Shown here: piece by piece, positions 27,211-42,796 of the stretch | How positions within the stretch are numbered: position 1 is the stretch's first letter | Layout of the letters: each line of letters starts with the position of its first letter | Assembly: GCA_038496445.1 (NCBI GenBank) | Contig: JALMLS010000548.1 | Span: 186,001 to 250,000 of the forward strand | Reading direction: 5' to 3' | Source: Trichosphaerium sp. ATCC 40318 | Lineage: Eukaryota; Protista; Tubulinea | Length of the DNA: 64,000 nucleotides | Translations under genes and position numbers: made by a program | The notes under the pieces: model-generated | Told to the model about the DNA's origin: nothing | Database searches by the model: none | Seen by the model: the letters and a program-made list of their open reading frames with translations, nothing else

Positions 27211-27456
27211 ATGTGGCTATTCCGCCACAATTATTTCCTGTGGAATTACTACATCATTGTTTAAAATAATGAAATATAGCCACTGTAGATGGCTTAAGTG
27301 GTGACACAGCATGTAAATTAATTAAAGAAAGTTTCGAAATTGCAAATTTACAACACGCACAAATTGAGTGAGAAAAGTTGTGTTGGGTCTGACGAACCGG
27401 TTCAAAATGTTCACTGAATGCTATTGATAAAAAAGAGAGTAAACACAACTAACACC

Positions 27457-28458
27457 ATGGCAGAATCTTCTGGACAAATTACAATTGATACCAGCAAATT
27501 GGCTGCTATTGATGGTACGCTTGCTGTTATTTCTAAGGTATCGGCTTATCCCTTTTAGAGAGTCGCACACCAGTTGTAAGTACTACAAGGAAGCTTTTCA
27601 GACTATTGTAACCAATTTTAGATCTTGCTTGGTTGTGGGTCGTTCAATCCAATCACCTTCCTTCATTTACGCTTGTTGGGTGCGTTTTTAGCCGATTTAA
27701 TCAATTTATTTAATTGTACGTTTAGAAATGACTAGAGATCACATTATATCGGACGCAAAAGAACTACAAGTGCTGGGAGCGTACATGTCTCCTGTCGGAG
27801 ATGCCTACAAGAAGAAAGGTCTTCAACCGGTTAGTCACCGTATTGCTATGGTAAATCTAGCTATTGAAGACAGTGACTGGATAATGATTGACACTTGTAC
27901 ATTGTTTCAACGCGCGGTTTTGTTTTTACTTATTTTCTCGCCTCAGGGGAAAGCACTCAAACCGAATACATTCCAACTATGAAGCTTATTCGCAAGATAC
28001 AGGAGAGAGTTGAACCACATTTAAAACGTACTCAATAGAAAGCGAAAAAACCGTTTTCTTTACTAACCAATATTTCACTAGGTAAATGCAAAGTGATGCT
28101 TGCGTGTGGCGCTGATTTATTGGATTCCTTCAACGTACCAGACCTATGGAGTAAACAAGACGTACATAGCTCTTATTTTTCTCTTTTGGCCGTTAATTAT
28201 TGTTAGATGCAAGATATTTGTGGAAACGGTATTGTTGTACTTGAGAGACAAGGTACTGACGTGTCATCTGCTATTGAGAAGAATCCTATTCTCAAGAAAA
28301 ACACGGCAACTATTTATCGAGCAACACAAACGTTTCCCAATGATGTTAGTTCCACTCGTATGCGAAAGGCCATAGCTGAAGGAAAATCTGTAAAGTATTT
28401 GACACCTACTCCTGTTGTTGATTACATTGCAAAACATAAACTATACAGTGCTATTTAA
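27457..28458 (+). CDS. NMNAT: Nicotinamide mononucleotide adenylyltransferase
   Basis: CGSFNPITFLHL, SPVGDAYKKKGL, LACGADLLDSF, NDVSSTRMR, SVKYL. Confidence 0.95.
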
Positions 28459-28668
28459 GAAATAAAATACCTAAGTAGGATTAATCAGTTAATATTCACC
28501 AACTTTTGTTCATTCAACTTCTTTTTTACTACTGTCAATACTGGACGCTACCAAAGAGGATGCACGTACTCGTACAGTGCTCAAACTCACAATAACTGCG
28601 GCGGTAGAAGAGAAAAGTGGTCAAATACGTTCATTAAGGTTTGTTCGTACACAAAAGGGTTTCCCTTG

Positions 28669-31097
28669 ATGGAAACTCCTCCCTACGAGTATTTTAAGAA
28701 GAAAATAGCGAGCGTATTAGATGATATTGCACGTGAGAAGTTATCAAAGCGAATGGACCCGCCAATGTTCTTTGCTACGTCAAAACTACTACTTGGCGAG
28801 CTGGAAAAGCGTAAACTATTAACTCCAGCTGATACAGCTTGGTTGAAAGAAGCAGCTAAAGAAATCGGTTTGAGCGACGTTCTACGCCTGTGTAATGACT
28901 ACATGGAGTTCCTAAACAAACAAGTACTTTGTTTTACAGTTTTAGACACTATATTGCTTATTATATTCCAATTTGCTGTTACAGCACTAGGGATCCAATA
29001 GATTATAACTTAACGCGTTGTAGGTTCAACCACGCGGTAGAATGTTGGCGCGGCATCGCGGTAACTCTGTACATGATTTCGTGTTTACTGTACGCTAATT
29101 CTTCAACTTGCGCAAATCGTCAAGTATTCCATAAAATTATTGTGCTCAAGTTATTGCCTTTTGGCAAAATCATTCTACATAGCTCTCGCTAGTACTTACG
29201 CGTCTTTTTAGCCTGGTGCAAAGGAGCGACCGAAAAAGGTAACTGCCGAACCAAAGGCTTTTCACACACTACGGACATACAAACCTGAGGCTCGCGCGGC
29301 GCGTATTCCAGTTACAGTCGATATACTCACTCCAGTGAGCCACAAGGAACTGAAAAAGAATGAAAAAACTGATCAGAAACGTCCTGTAACTATTCAAGTG
29401 CCACCAATCGCAAAATCACGAACTATGGAACCGGTTGCTTCGCCACGAGAAACGAAACCTACAAACACAGCATTTAAAGAACACGTTTCTCCTCGCGGGA
29501 GCCCAAAGTTATCTCCTCGCGTTTTTCTAGCGGCTTCTCGTAAGGCAAGTACAAGTGGCGGACACGTCAATGGCAGGATTCGTCAGAATTCTCAATCAAG
29601 CGGTGGACAAGCGGACGCTCTTACTTTACCACCTATGTGTACTCGCGATACGAGTAAATCCGCTCCTCAGCGTTTACAAACAACTGCAACAGCGCCTGTT
29701 AGGGTACCTAACCAGCGAGTGGAGACTGTTACAGTATCCGCACAGCCTGCACCTTGGTCGACAGGTCCTGCTAGAAGGGCTTCTTCTCCATTTGCATCGA
29801 GGTACAGACGTAGTGGTGATATGCGAGTACCAGAACCTCGACTTCGAACTGCAAGTAGTCCTCAGAAAGAGTCGTCAGTCTACAAAAATATAATGCTTTC
29901 AAAACAACGTAAAATATCAGCATCAGCTGCTATTGGTAATACAAGCAAGTATGCTCTTGTTATTGGTAATGGTGAGTATTCTTCACCTGTACCGCATGCA
30001 TCTAATGATGCCGAACTTATGGCAGATCAGTTAAGTTTCATGGGGTATTCTTTGATTGGTGGAAAAGCTCAGATAAATGTTGATAAAAATAGCTTAGAAA
30101 AATGTTTGAAGTTATTCAAACAGATTCTTACAACACGTTCAGATAAGAAGATTAATGCTTTTTTTTATTTTTCTGGACATGCTGCACATGTTGATGGATA
30201 TAATTATCTATTTCCTATCGTTGATAATGTTCTTGACGAGAAATCTGTGCCATACAATTGTATAAAAGTAGACAGGTACGTACTAGTTTTTAACACTTTT
30301 TTTTATCTTTTTTTGTTTCAAATTGTTGCTTATGGAGTTTAGTGTTCTATCTTGTATGGCTCAACCTAATGTTGATTTACGATGTGTTATGCTTGATTGT
30401 TGTCATAAGAATCTTTTAGCAGAAGGTAGACGATATGGTATCGGTAATCAAAGCATACAGGCAAGTACTACAGCCTTCTTTCTTTATTTCATAAAAACAT
30501 CGTACATACTTGTGTTTCGGTACTAATATTATGCATAAATAGAGTGATATCCCAACATGCATTGTTCTATCTGCTGGTGTAGCCATGCCCTCTTTAGACA
30601 AGTACGAAAATGAACTTTGCTTCTGCAAATTCTCAAAAAATTCTTATTTTTCATTTCTTTGTTGTTTTTTTCCTCATGTCTCATACTTTGTAATAGACCT
30701 AGTGATGATACGTCTATGTGGACAAAACATTTTTTAAGTCAAAGTAGTGATGTAACCAAAAGTTTGGGTAGAGCTTTGCACCGTAAGTTTTTTGGAGCTT
30801 GTTTTTTCTTCTTCTGGCGGATATCGTTGTTATTTATTGTTTTTCGTCGTCTATCATATTCTTACAATAATTTTAGTTGCTGCTTCAGCAGTTACGAGGG
30901 AAACAGCACAGGTACGCTTTGATGATCAATTTCTTTTATTTTTCGTTTTTCTTCTCCGCTTGGTTAAAAAATCGTATTAACGACGTTTCGTTTCGTATTT
31001 TGATTGTCTGTTGTAGATTTCTGTTAAACATAAACAAATTCCTGTCATACAATCAAATTTTAATGCATACGGGATATGCCTTTATGAGCAATCATGA
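28669..31097 (+). CDS. DED-like domain + low-complexity linker + peptidase C14 (para/metacaspase-like) domain
   Basis: Exon 28669-28923 splices in frame (phase 0) to 29212. Protease motifs YALVIGNGEY, NDAELM, FFYFSGHA, NYLFP, MLDCCH. Confidence 0.85.
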
Positions 31098-31532
31098 CAA
31101 ATGTGGAAAAAAAAAACCCCACCTGTAAATAAATAGTGACAACAGTTTAAAAAAGATAGAGGACGTCACAGATTAAAACAAAAAATCCAACATAAAGAAA
31201 TGGCTCTGGCAAGTTTGCTAAAAGGGTAGGTTCACGCGTGACCCGTAAAGTACTCATTATATACTGCAAAACTAAAACAGTAAAAAGGGCCACTTACAAC
31301 AAACAAACCAAGATAAAGCTGTATTGGTTAACTCAAGGTTGCAATGTACATCTAATTTTTTTGCAGTTTTTTTGTAAAACTTGGAGTTTTCCAGAGTGCT
31401 ATTAAATAGTCATAGGCGTGGTTTTTTACTTGTTCGTATACTTTGCAGCCTGCTTACCCCTTTGGCAGCAATTTGGCACTTTTCGTTCAAATAAGGAAGT
31501 CCTATCTTTATTTTAAACTCTCGACACCAAGA

Positions 31533-33723
31533 ATGCAACAGCTATTGTTTATACTAGCATTGTGTCTATCACTAGTGCTTTCAGCGTCTATAGAAGTATC
31601 TGGCAAGCTCGGGGACGTATCTTGTTCTGGAACAAACCCAAATGTTGGAGTATGCGCTACAGCACCTGCTTTTGCGAGCACCCTCACCTTAGGTGGCTCA
31701 AACTCTGGTTTTTCGGCTGCATGCAACAAGTACAATTGCAAATGAATCAAACCACCTTACAACGTATTTAGAACATCAATGAGTGCCAATTGGATAAGTA
31801 AAGACGTTGTAGCTCCAGAAGATGGTTTTTACTATTTCTCAGGTAAGAAACCGACCAAATTACGCTGCCAGATACAGTAAACTAATTAAAATGACCTTAG
31901 TGAAGTTCACTCACCTACTAAATGAGGCAATGACTGTAGCAGTTTACTCAGACAGCTTTGACTGTGCTAACCCTTGCAACAACGTAGCGTGGGCTCAACG
32001 CGCTTATGAAACGACTTTCGGGACAAATGGTACGTATTTTGCGTAGCACAGTCTCTTAACTGTATTTTCCTCTAGTACTCAACACAGAAGGAACATTTTT
32101 CCTCCCGACAGGTAGTTACAAGGTTATTTTCTCATATGATCCACAAGCTGTGAATACAACAAAACCAGAAGATGGAACTAGCGGATTCCAAGGTGTCTTT
32201 GTAGCTTCAGTTAAGCCTGTTTCTTCTCAGTTTATTAAGTCATACAACTCATCTTCAACAAAATACGAACTACCTCAACTCTCTGGAATGTCTAGTTGTG
32301 TATCTAACAGACCAGCTGTAACACATGTATTTACACCTACAGAGACTAAAACATATTGGCTACAATTCACTGGTAACGTCCAAGCTTCAAAGTGCGTATT
32401 TTTTTTTCTGCCTTTTTTGTTTACAATTAATCGTCTTTAGCACTTCGCAATTTGGACAATCACAAGGATTGTATTCACCAACTGATGATCGTATATTGGG
32501 TCAAAACATCGTTGTAGTTTTAGAGAATGCTACATTGGAGTCAAGTTCTTGTGGGTGTACATTGGAACCTGCATGTGGGGCGCTGGTTAATGATACTGAT
32601 TTGAGTGTATGTTCTTTCTTGGATTTTTGATAAAACTGAAACAATGTTTACCCTGAGCAATATCTCATACTTTTTTTTTAGAGCGAAGACATCTACTCCT
32701 ACGACTTGACAGCTGGTGTAGAATACACATTTGTGTTCCGTATTTTCGGTTTTGTGGAGAACGGTACAGGCCTTTTTTTGTCAAAATTTAAACTGACAGG
32801 AAACTATAAAGGAACAATCGGCTTTAGGATAGTTGAGAGATTTCCAGTTGTACCTACAGCTCCAGTCGCTCCTCCAACAACTGAAGTGCCAACATCTTCT
32901 TGTAGCTGGATATTTCTCTTAGGAGACGTAATGGTACGAGAACACAACTTTCAACCAAGTGCTATCGCCTCAAATCTTTTGGACTTGAATGATCTAACTT
33001 TTACTAGAACTATGCAAGACCTGAATTCGTTGAAGGAAAAGTAACTGAACAATGTATAGCTGGTTCACAACAAGTGTGGGACGCTTTTGTAAGAACTTCA
33101 GTGTTTAACTAAGGTTCTAATCTTGTTATTTTGAAAATAGGCGTTAGCACAAACTGCAGGTTACCACATATGGACACCTTTCAATATAGTCGCTCAAACA
33201 AACTGTGCAGATCCCGTTGATATGGTATTTGCTCTTTACAAAGGCGACTTAGTTCCTACAAACCGTAACTTTAGGTATGTCACTCACTAAGCCATTTCTT
33301 CTTTTTTTGAGAAATAATTCTGACTTATTACATCATAGCACCGCACCAACACCTTGTTCTGCTTCATTCTTGAAAATCTCACATGGCCTTCCTTTGTCTA
33401 CTTATGTTCAACAAGATGAATTTCATACTTTACTAGTAACAAATGCTACTGGCGGAGTTGCTGATCAAGTTTGGTTACTATCACAAGATACTGCTCCAGC
33501 AATTGGTTGTTTCCCAGCAGCGCCTGAGCCAACAGCCCCACCAACAACACCGGTACCTCCAACGGCTCCTACAACGCCTACAACGCCTACCACACCTACA
33601 ATGCCAGTAGCGCCAATAATGCCAGCATCTCCAACAGCTCCAATAGCTCCTAGTGGTAGCACTAGCTTAAAAGCCTTTGGCCCATTACTTGTATTGCTTC
33701 TTGTTGCATTTTCTGTTTTGTAA
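31533..33723 (+). CDS. Secreted Cys-containing cell-surface protein with Pro/Thr stalk and GPI-like hydrophobic C-terminus
   Basis: Signal MQQLLFILALCLSLVLSA; PT-rich region; end SGSTSLKAFGPLLVLLLVAFSVL. Confidence 0.8.
33521..33651 (+). repeat. Coding 9-bp tandem repeats encoding PTT/PTA/PVA
   Basis: cctacaacg cctacaacg cctaccaca cctacaatg ccagtagcg ccaataatg. Confidence 0.7.
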
Positions 33724-33964
33724 AGTCTTTACGAATAAAGAAAAGAGTTGATTCTTCTGCTGAACAAATGCTTGGCTGAGCTGAATGAGACAACCATAAA
33801 CAATCCGAGTTTACCTACACGAGCTCATGGACTTAACCCAAAAAACATAGTGCTCAGGATCGTTTTCTTTTTTGGGTTGAGAAGATTTTGTAGTCAAAAC
33901 TTGTCTACGTTCCTTTTGCGACGCATCAGCTAGCCCAATTGTAGGTACACGGTAATAATATTAG

Positions 33965-34806
33965 ATGTCTAAGTAAGAACTGTTTACCGAATTTCTACTA
34001 ACCGCAAACCACGTGATAGTGCTAAACAGAGATTTTTGGACTTGCCACCCGAGATTTTGGCGCGTATTTTACGACAAACGACCACAGCACGATTTGCGGC
34101 TTGTCAGACGTGTCACCTACTCTGTTCTATCATTCACGACGTTATTGGGTACCATAAAATTAAGATATCACCTGAACAAACCAAAACAGTCGTAAAACAT
34201 GCTGGTATTCTTAGAAACACATATATCATATTAGATGCTGACTTTAATGATGATCTCATCAAAGAATTCGCTGGTGTTCGCATGATTTACCTACAGGGTA
34301 TTTATATTACAGATGAAGGAGTTAAGGTGTTAGCACTTTCTGGAGTTCAAAGAATTGTACTTAAAAATACTTTTATAACTGATGAAAGTCTAATAGCGCT
34401 TGCTGGTATCTATGAGATAGACCTTTCAAACACTTCAGTAACAGATAAGGGCATCAAAGCGCTAAGAGGTGTCCACACTATATGTCTCTATTGCACAGAT
34501 GTGACAGATGAAGGTGTTAAAGCACTCTCGGGTGTTCATACAATAAATGTCTCTTATACTGCTGTGACAGATGAAGGGATCACTGCACTCAAAGGTGTTC
34601 ACAATATTAATGTATCAGGTACATCAGTGACAGATGAAGGCATACGAGCACTCAGAAGCGTTCATACAATAAATGTTTCACATACTTCTGTGACAGATGA
34701 AGGAATCAAATCACTCACTGGCATTCATACCATCTTCGCATTTAGTGCTTGTGTAACGAGGAAATGTGTTAAAGAACATCCTAGTATTTGTGACTATTTT
34801 CTGTAG
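33965..34806 (+). CDS. F-box + 22-aa leucine-rich-repeat protein
   Basis: Predicted MSK|FLDLPPEILARIL after one short intron; about 7 repeats of L.GVHTIN.S.T.VTDEGIKA (66-bp periodicity). Confidence 0.88.
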
Positions 34807-35340
34807 TAAAGTCAGCATTACTGGAACCTAAATTTACTCCTGTTGTAGCCCTCAAATCTCAGTGTATTTTACTTCGGTTTGTGGTAAGACTAAATTGCTG
34901 GCAAATACGCAATGGCTACAGTAGCAAACAGTTGTTACTTCTGTTCATTTATAGTTTCGTTTGCGTGTCCACGTGACTTTGCAAAGTAAAAAGTTCAGGT
35001 TAGCAAGTCTCTCGCAAACTTTGTCTCGTAGGTTGACTGATGCAGTGAAGCTTTGAGACAGGTTGCAGTGTTGCAATCAAAGGTTGGTAAACAACCGTTT
35101 CTTTTCTAACTGCCAAATTTCGAAGTTGCTTTTCTTTTTTCCTTTTCACCATCTGTTCACGGGTAGATAGGGGTTGCTAACTTGTGTGTTGTGATTTGGC
35201 TTTAATTTACAGTATATTACATTTGCTTATCTTTGTACAAGGTATTAGTTTTCACCCTTTTTTTTTCTCTTCGGCTTGATGCTATGTTTCATTTTTTATT
35301 TGCTTCGCACTTCTTTCCTTCTTCGCTATGTTATTGCGCA

Positions 35341-37624
<2,284 letters not shown>

Positions 37625-38358
37625 CGCGTTCCAAACGACCCTGGGAGTTCTCGAATAATTAAATAACTCAGTTTTGGCGTATCGTTTGTTGCTTGCGCTG
37701 CGTATTTAGCGACTTCAATGAATTTTGCTTTGCCTTTGGCTTAGAACGCAGCTTAAACTCAATTCGGACGCAGTCAATTGTAATGAACAAATACCTGCTA
37801 TTACTGCAGGGTTATTTGTAAGTAGAATTACAGACATAAGAAAAATTGCACGTGCAGTCACTGTAATGCTGTTAGACGTCACTACTTTCAAATGAACACA
37901 AACGCTTTTGGTGCTAACTTGGTGACGTTCTACAGAAGTTATCTTTGCCTCGCTACGCAGGCCAACCTCATTTGGGTTTAAGCGGGATATTCAATGTAAG
38001 TGTCAGATTTGACAATGATGGTCGAAGATGTATAGGATAGTACATCTATCGCGTGTTCGCGCGTTGTCAGTTAATGTCAGAAGTGTAGCGAGTGAAACGC
38101 GTTTGAAGCAAGCACAAGACAGAGAAATATAGCGAAATCCATCTAACAAGGAGTAGGTACGCGCATGTAAAGACTCGTTATGTGAGTACCACAACGTTGT
38201 GGCCCAGAACGACCAAGAGTCTATCAAATCACACTAATACTGCTCTACAAAGTTGGTGTCATGCTTTTTGTAAAAATGTGAGGTTATTTGTTGTAAAACA
38301 TCATCTAATAGCTTAGCAGACGCCTAGTGAGTATAGAGATACGGTAGAACGAGATTTG

Positions 38359-41300
38359 ATGGAGTCTGCTACCCAAGGTAACTATACATCGTTTAAAGCG
38401 ATCAATGCACCATCCTACGCGTAGGGATACTAAAAATATGACTAGCACCTACAATGGACGACATTAATGCATCAATGAAATTTGTAGAAGCACTACGTGG
38501 TTATCCTAACGTTATTTTCGCTAAAGAATGCTGGACAAAGAGGGCTACCCAAGTACTAAAACTGACACATGACTTCTGTTTTTTAATTAGCACATAGCTC
38601 TTTGCTACCACGGCAAAGATTGGTGTAGTTGAGAAAACGAGAAGACGTGATGAAGTAGATCATACTTTATTGTATACTGAGCACGTACCGCTTCGTTCTT
38701 TGTTGCCTCAAGGCATTGTTTTTATACAAGGTGAAAAGAATAGATTGTTCTTTTATTGGTTTGTTTTGTTCACTGTTCGTAGAGAGTAAGACGGCAAAAG
38801 ATATGCAATTAGTTTTGTATGGTATGAAGAAATTTTTTGACAAAGACGCTGACAGTTTTGCTCTTCGAGACTTCGAAGCAGGTGCAGATAATTACTTGCT
38901 ACTATTTTTTAAAGTCTTTTGTATAGGTCAATTCTCGTCTCTTATGGTTACGAAGAGGGTTGATGGTGAGTTGTGCCAAGTCTCTGTATTACCAAATGGA
39001 AGCACTTGGGTTATAGGATCAAAATATCGTAAACTAGCAATGAGAAACACTGATGCAATACATGACTACAAAAAAGATAAAACTTACTTGCCTGCTGTGA
39101 ATATGTCAACAGCCTTTTTTGATTACTTGTCGGAAATAGGTAAAGATAAAACAGAGGTACACACAACAGAGTCTATTCCTTTACAGTGTTTTACCAAGCC
39201 TCTAAACACCTCTAAACAGGAACTGCTCAAGTTTTTGCACTTGACACGACTCACACTTAACTTTGCTTTTGAAACACCTAAACGACAACGTGTGATATTG
39301 ACAAAAAAGAATGCATTAACGCTTGTTGGTTTGTCTGGTATTCACCATACCAATAACATGGTTCATCCTCTAACATGTACTTATTTTAATGTTGATATTA
39401 CACGTGTTGTACCTTTTCCTGATTTTATTTTTTAGGTAAAGGATTTGGTGATTACTTTGGTATGGAGCACGCTATACAAGATGAAAAAGTATATTCACCT
39501 GTACGCTTTTTGCACGTGCTTAAAGAGAACCATCTGACTTTCAAACATCAGGCTGATTTGCAAAGTATATTCGAATCAACAGCTTCTAACTGGGGAACTA
39601 TGGGTGCTGTTATTGTATCACTCGATGGAGATATGGTTCCTTTAAATATGCTACAAGTGCGAAGCCACCATTTTACTATAGACTCACAATTCAACCAAGG
39701 TAAGAAGCAAGTGGTATATCTGGCAACAAATGCTACGAGAAAACCTCATTGCATCAGCAAAGACTGATCCATCCAGCAATGCAGCTAGGAATTTGATTAC
39801 ACTTGATTTATGTAATAACATACACAAACATGAGACGAAGGTAAATATGCTTAAAGAAGAAACTGATACTTTGGTATCTCTTGGAGTCAACTTTGCAAAA
39901 GACATGCTATCTCAAGCTGCAAGCAACAAAGTGTCTCTAGCAAAGCTGAAAGTTCAAGAAACTTTTCCAGAACACTGGAATCGGTTTTTAGAACGTAGGA
40001 GTCTTCCTGGTGATGTATTACTTCTCAGTAAAGAAGTAGAGGTAGCAGATTGGCAAAGCTCTTTTGAAACAAAAGAGTTACCTTTGTTAGTTGTTATTCA
40101 AGGGATACCTGGTATTGGAAAGACATTAGTCGCTAATAAAGTGGTTGCTTTGCTTAAAGAACATGGTATAATATCTATGGCTTCCACTCCAGATGACTAT
40201 GCATTCATGACAGAGGGAGTACGTAATTAGGACGCTCTTTTAAAACTCCATATTCTAACACATTTGTTAGACAAGAAGAACAGCTACTGTCAAGATGATA
40301 AAAGAAACGATTCTGAGGTAGTGCAAATAAAGAACCGATTTTCCTGTTGCTCATTCTTATTCACAAGGAACAAGAAAGCTAAGGTGATAATATTGGCTAG
40401 AAATGTAACTGTAAATATGAAAGGTTCAGCGTATTTAACTTTAGAAAGAGAGCGATTATGCAGGGCACTCTTTATCTCACCCGAAGATCACAATACGCGA
40501 CATTTGGAGTACCTTTATATGGCCATGGTTTCAATGGTACATAGAAAGCACCTAAATGAATCACATCCTACAAGTACGCACTAGTTGACAATGTGAAGTA
40601 GCGCTTTTTCTTCTCTGGCATATCTCGTTATTTTCTTATTTTTATCTAGATACTTACGACTTGCCTTTTGCTGCATCTCTACCTTTCAAATACGCACCTG
40701 TATTTGATACACATCCAGGATCATTTCCTGTAAAATTCTTAACGCCTGAATCTATACACGTGCCACACAAAGAAAAAATGCAACAAGTCTACAAACTTTG
40801 CGAGGTACGTAGTTGGTTAATAAAGTCCAACAAATACTACCACATTTCGACTTATTTTTTTGAAGAATCAAGGATTCCGAGGTGCATCAGCATCACCAAG
40901 TGATATTGAAGATATGCAACTTTTGGATAAAGAAAATATTGCAAAGATTGTTCAGTCTGTTCATAGGCCAGTTGAGGATATCGGTAAAGATATAGTCTCA
41001 ATAATACGTGATAATATAGCATCTGATATACCTCCTACACGTACATAATTATAAGCCTAGCCGTAAACCTTATAGTATCTATAGACTCAGTTTTTGGTTT
41101 GGCTCTAAACTCCAATGCCGCCGATGCACTGCTAAGAGTTTGTGAGGGTGCAGGATTCATTGCACCTAAGGAGAATATAGTATCAATGATACGCGTGTCT
41201 GATTATGAATCATATTTTGAGGATAAGGAGTTGTGGATAAAGGTACAAAGCACAAAACTATTGTTATTTATTTTTCTGTTTTTTCAAGAATGTAAGCAAG

Positions 41301-41608
41301 CTTGGTAGTACTTTCAGAGTATCAGTTACAAGCATCAAATACAACGACACAATGGCGCTTTTCACAGCGTATGTAAATAACAAAGAAGACAGTTCCCTAG
41401 AAGATGACAAAGTGCATTTTACAATAAGTCAGCCAGGTGAGTTTTAGATAAGTTATTTTTCATCGAAGCTAATCTACATGTTTTTTTTATTCAAGGTGTC
41501 AATTTACAAGCCATAAAAGCAGAGCTATACAAAGAAAAGGGTACTGTCAATGACCACAAAGTCGAGTTATCGTTTGAAAGCACATTGCGATTGTTTTTAG
41601 ACGAGTAA
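38359..41608 (+). CDS. Trl1/Rnl1-like RNA ligase - polynucleotide kinase - 2H phosphodiesterase protein, degenerate
   Basis: YGMKKFF, VTKRVDGE, WVIGSK, GIPGIGKT, TPDD, VIILARN, HR...HPT, VHFTISQPGV in the Trl1 order. Confidence 0.7.
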
Positions 41609-41693
41609 AATGTATGTACATAAAAGTATCATAAAATGAAGCTTTAGCGGTTTTTCACGTGTTTTGCTTTGAGTGTCAGTTACAATATAAAAA

Positions 41694-42381
41694 TCAGTTA
41701 TTTTGTATATTGAACGTTATCGTGCTTGTTGGTTGTGCTGTAGAACCTTGTTCTATTATTTGTGCCGTTTCTTGCTTGTATACCTCAACCAATTTGCTGG
41801 TACGCGTTATTATTGTTATTTGAGTATATTTGCGTACGTTTTACGTTCTAATTCTCTCATTAGTTCATCCTCAATCTTTTGTTGCTCTTCTGGGCTATAT
41901 TCGGTACACGGAAGCTCCTCGATAGCGGCAGTTAGCATATTAACCTTCTCTGTATACGCTGCGATAGATTTTGAGATAGTAACGCTTTGCTCTTCATTAG
42001 ACACGCTTTGGAGAATGTCTAGGAAGTCTGCAAGTAGGTTACATTCTATTATACTCGTTGATTGCATGTGAAAGCCGCTTGATTTTGAACTTTTGAAATG
42101 CGTTGAAATATCAATTCAAAAAAGTCAAAGAAAAACAACATTTGTAAACCTGTTCAACTGCTCGTTTGAACTGAAAGCAATAAGTATCTTTGTAAAAAGA
42201 GGGTAATAGAACCGAACGTCATAGGACCTGGATTATTGCTTGCATATCCACGAGAAGCTCCTTCTTTGTCTTCCCAAATTTAACCAAGGAACGCAACCTG
42301 ACGACTTGTTAGAGCGTTGACTAAGCTCATAATAGCATCAAGAATTTTAACACCATTATTCTGTGTAGGCAACGACTCCAT
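41694..42381 (-). CDS. MED9: Mediator subunit 9-like
   Basis: AIEELPCTEYSPEEQQKIEDELMRELERKTKLVEVYK matches the LPG...SPEEQ...L...K..LL..YK pattern of MED9; MED21 has a similar motif. Confidence 0.6.
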
Positions 42382-42796
42382 TGTGTTTGGCAACTAAATT
42401 CTAGATTAGCATAAATTGTCTAAAGTCATGGCTCAGGAATTGCAATTTAATAGTAAAACACTTTTCTAAAAGACCCTCAGGACCTGTTCAGTACCAAGCA
42501 CGTGATTTGTTGCAACTAGTAACAAGCAAAGTAGCTGTGCACAGATACCTCTAAGGCATAACTTACAGGTAATTTGTTGGCACACATCGCCCCTTTCTTA
42601 CCTTTCACAAAAAAAAGAGTTCACAAACTTTCAGCATCTCGTACATCCTTTATGTTATTCTGTATGGTGTTGAACAGGTTCCAATACTGCTAACACAAAA
42701 GAATATTGTGTTGATACGTGTTATAGTAACTCATAGGAAAACTGTTCTAGTGCAAAATAATGTGCAACTAATTCCTACTTCGAACTCAGTATTTAT

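Noticed and set aside
1-28458. NAD-metabolism cluster (NNT, sirtuin, NMNAT next to the DED-protease)
   Set aside because: The genes are separated by unrelated genes; with no synteny data, chance is sufficient.
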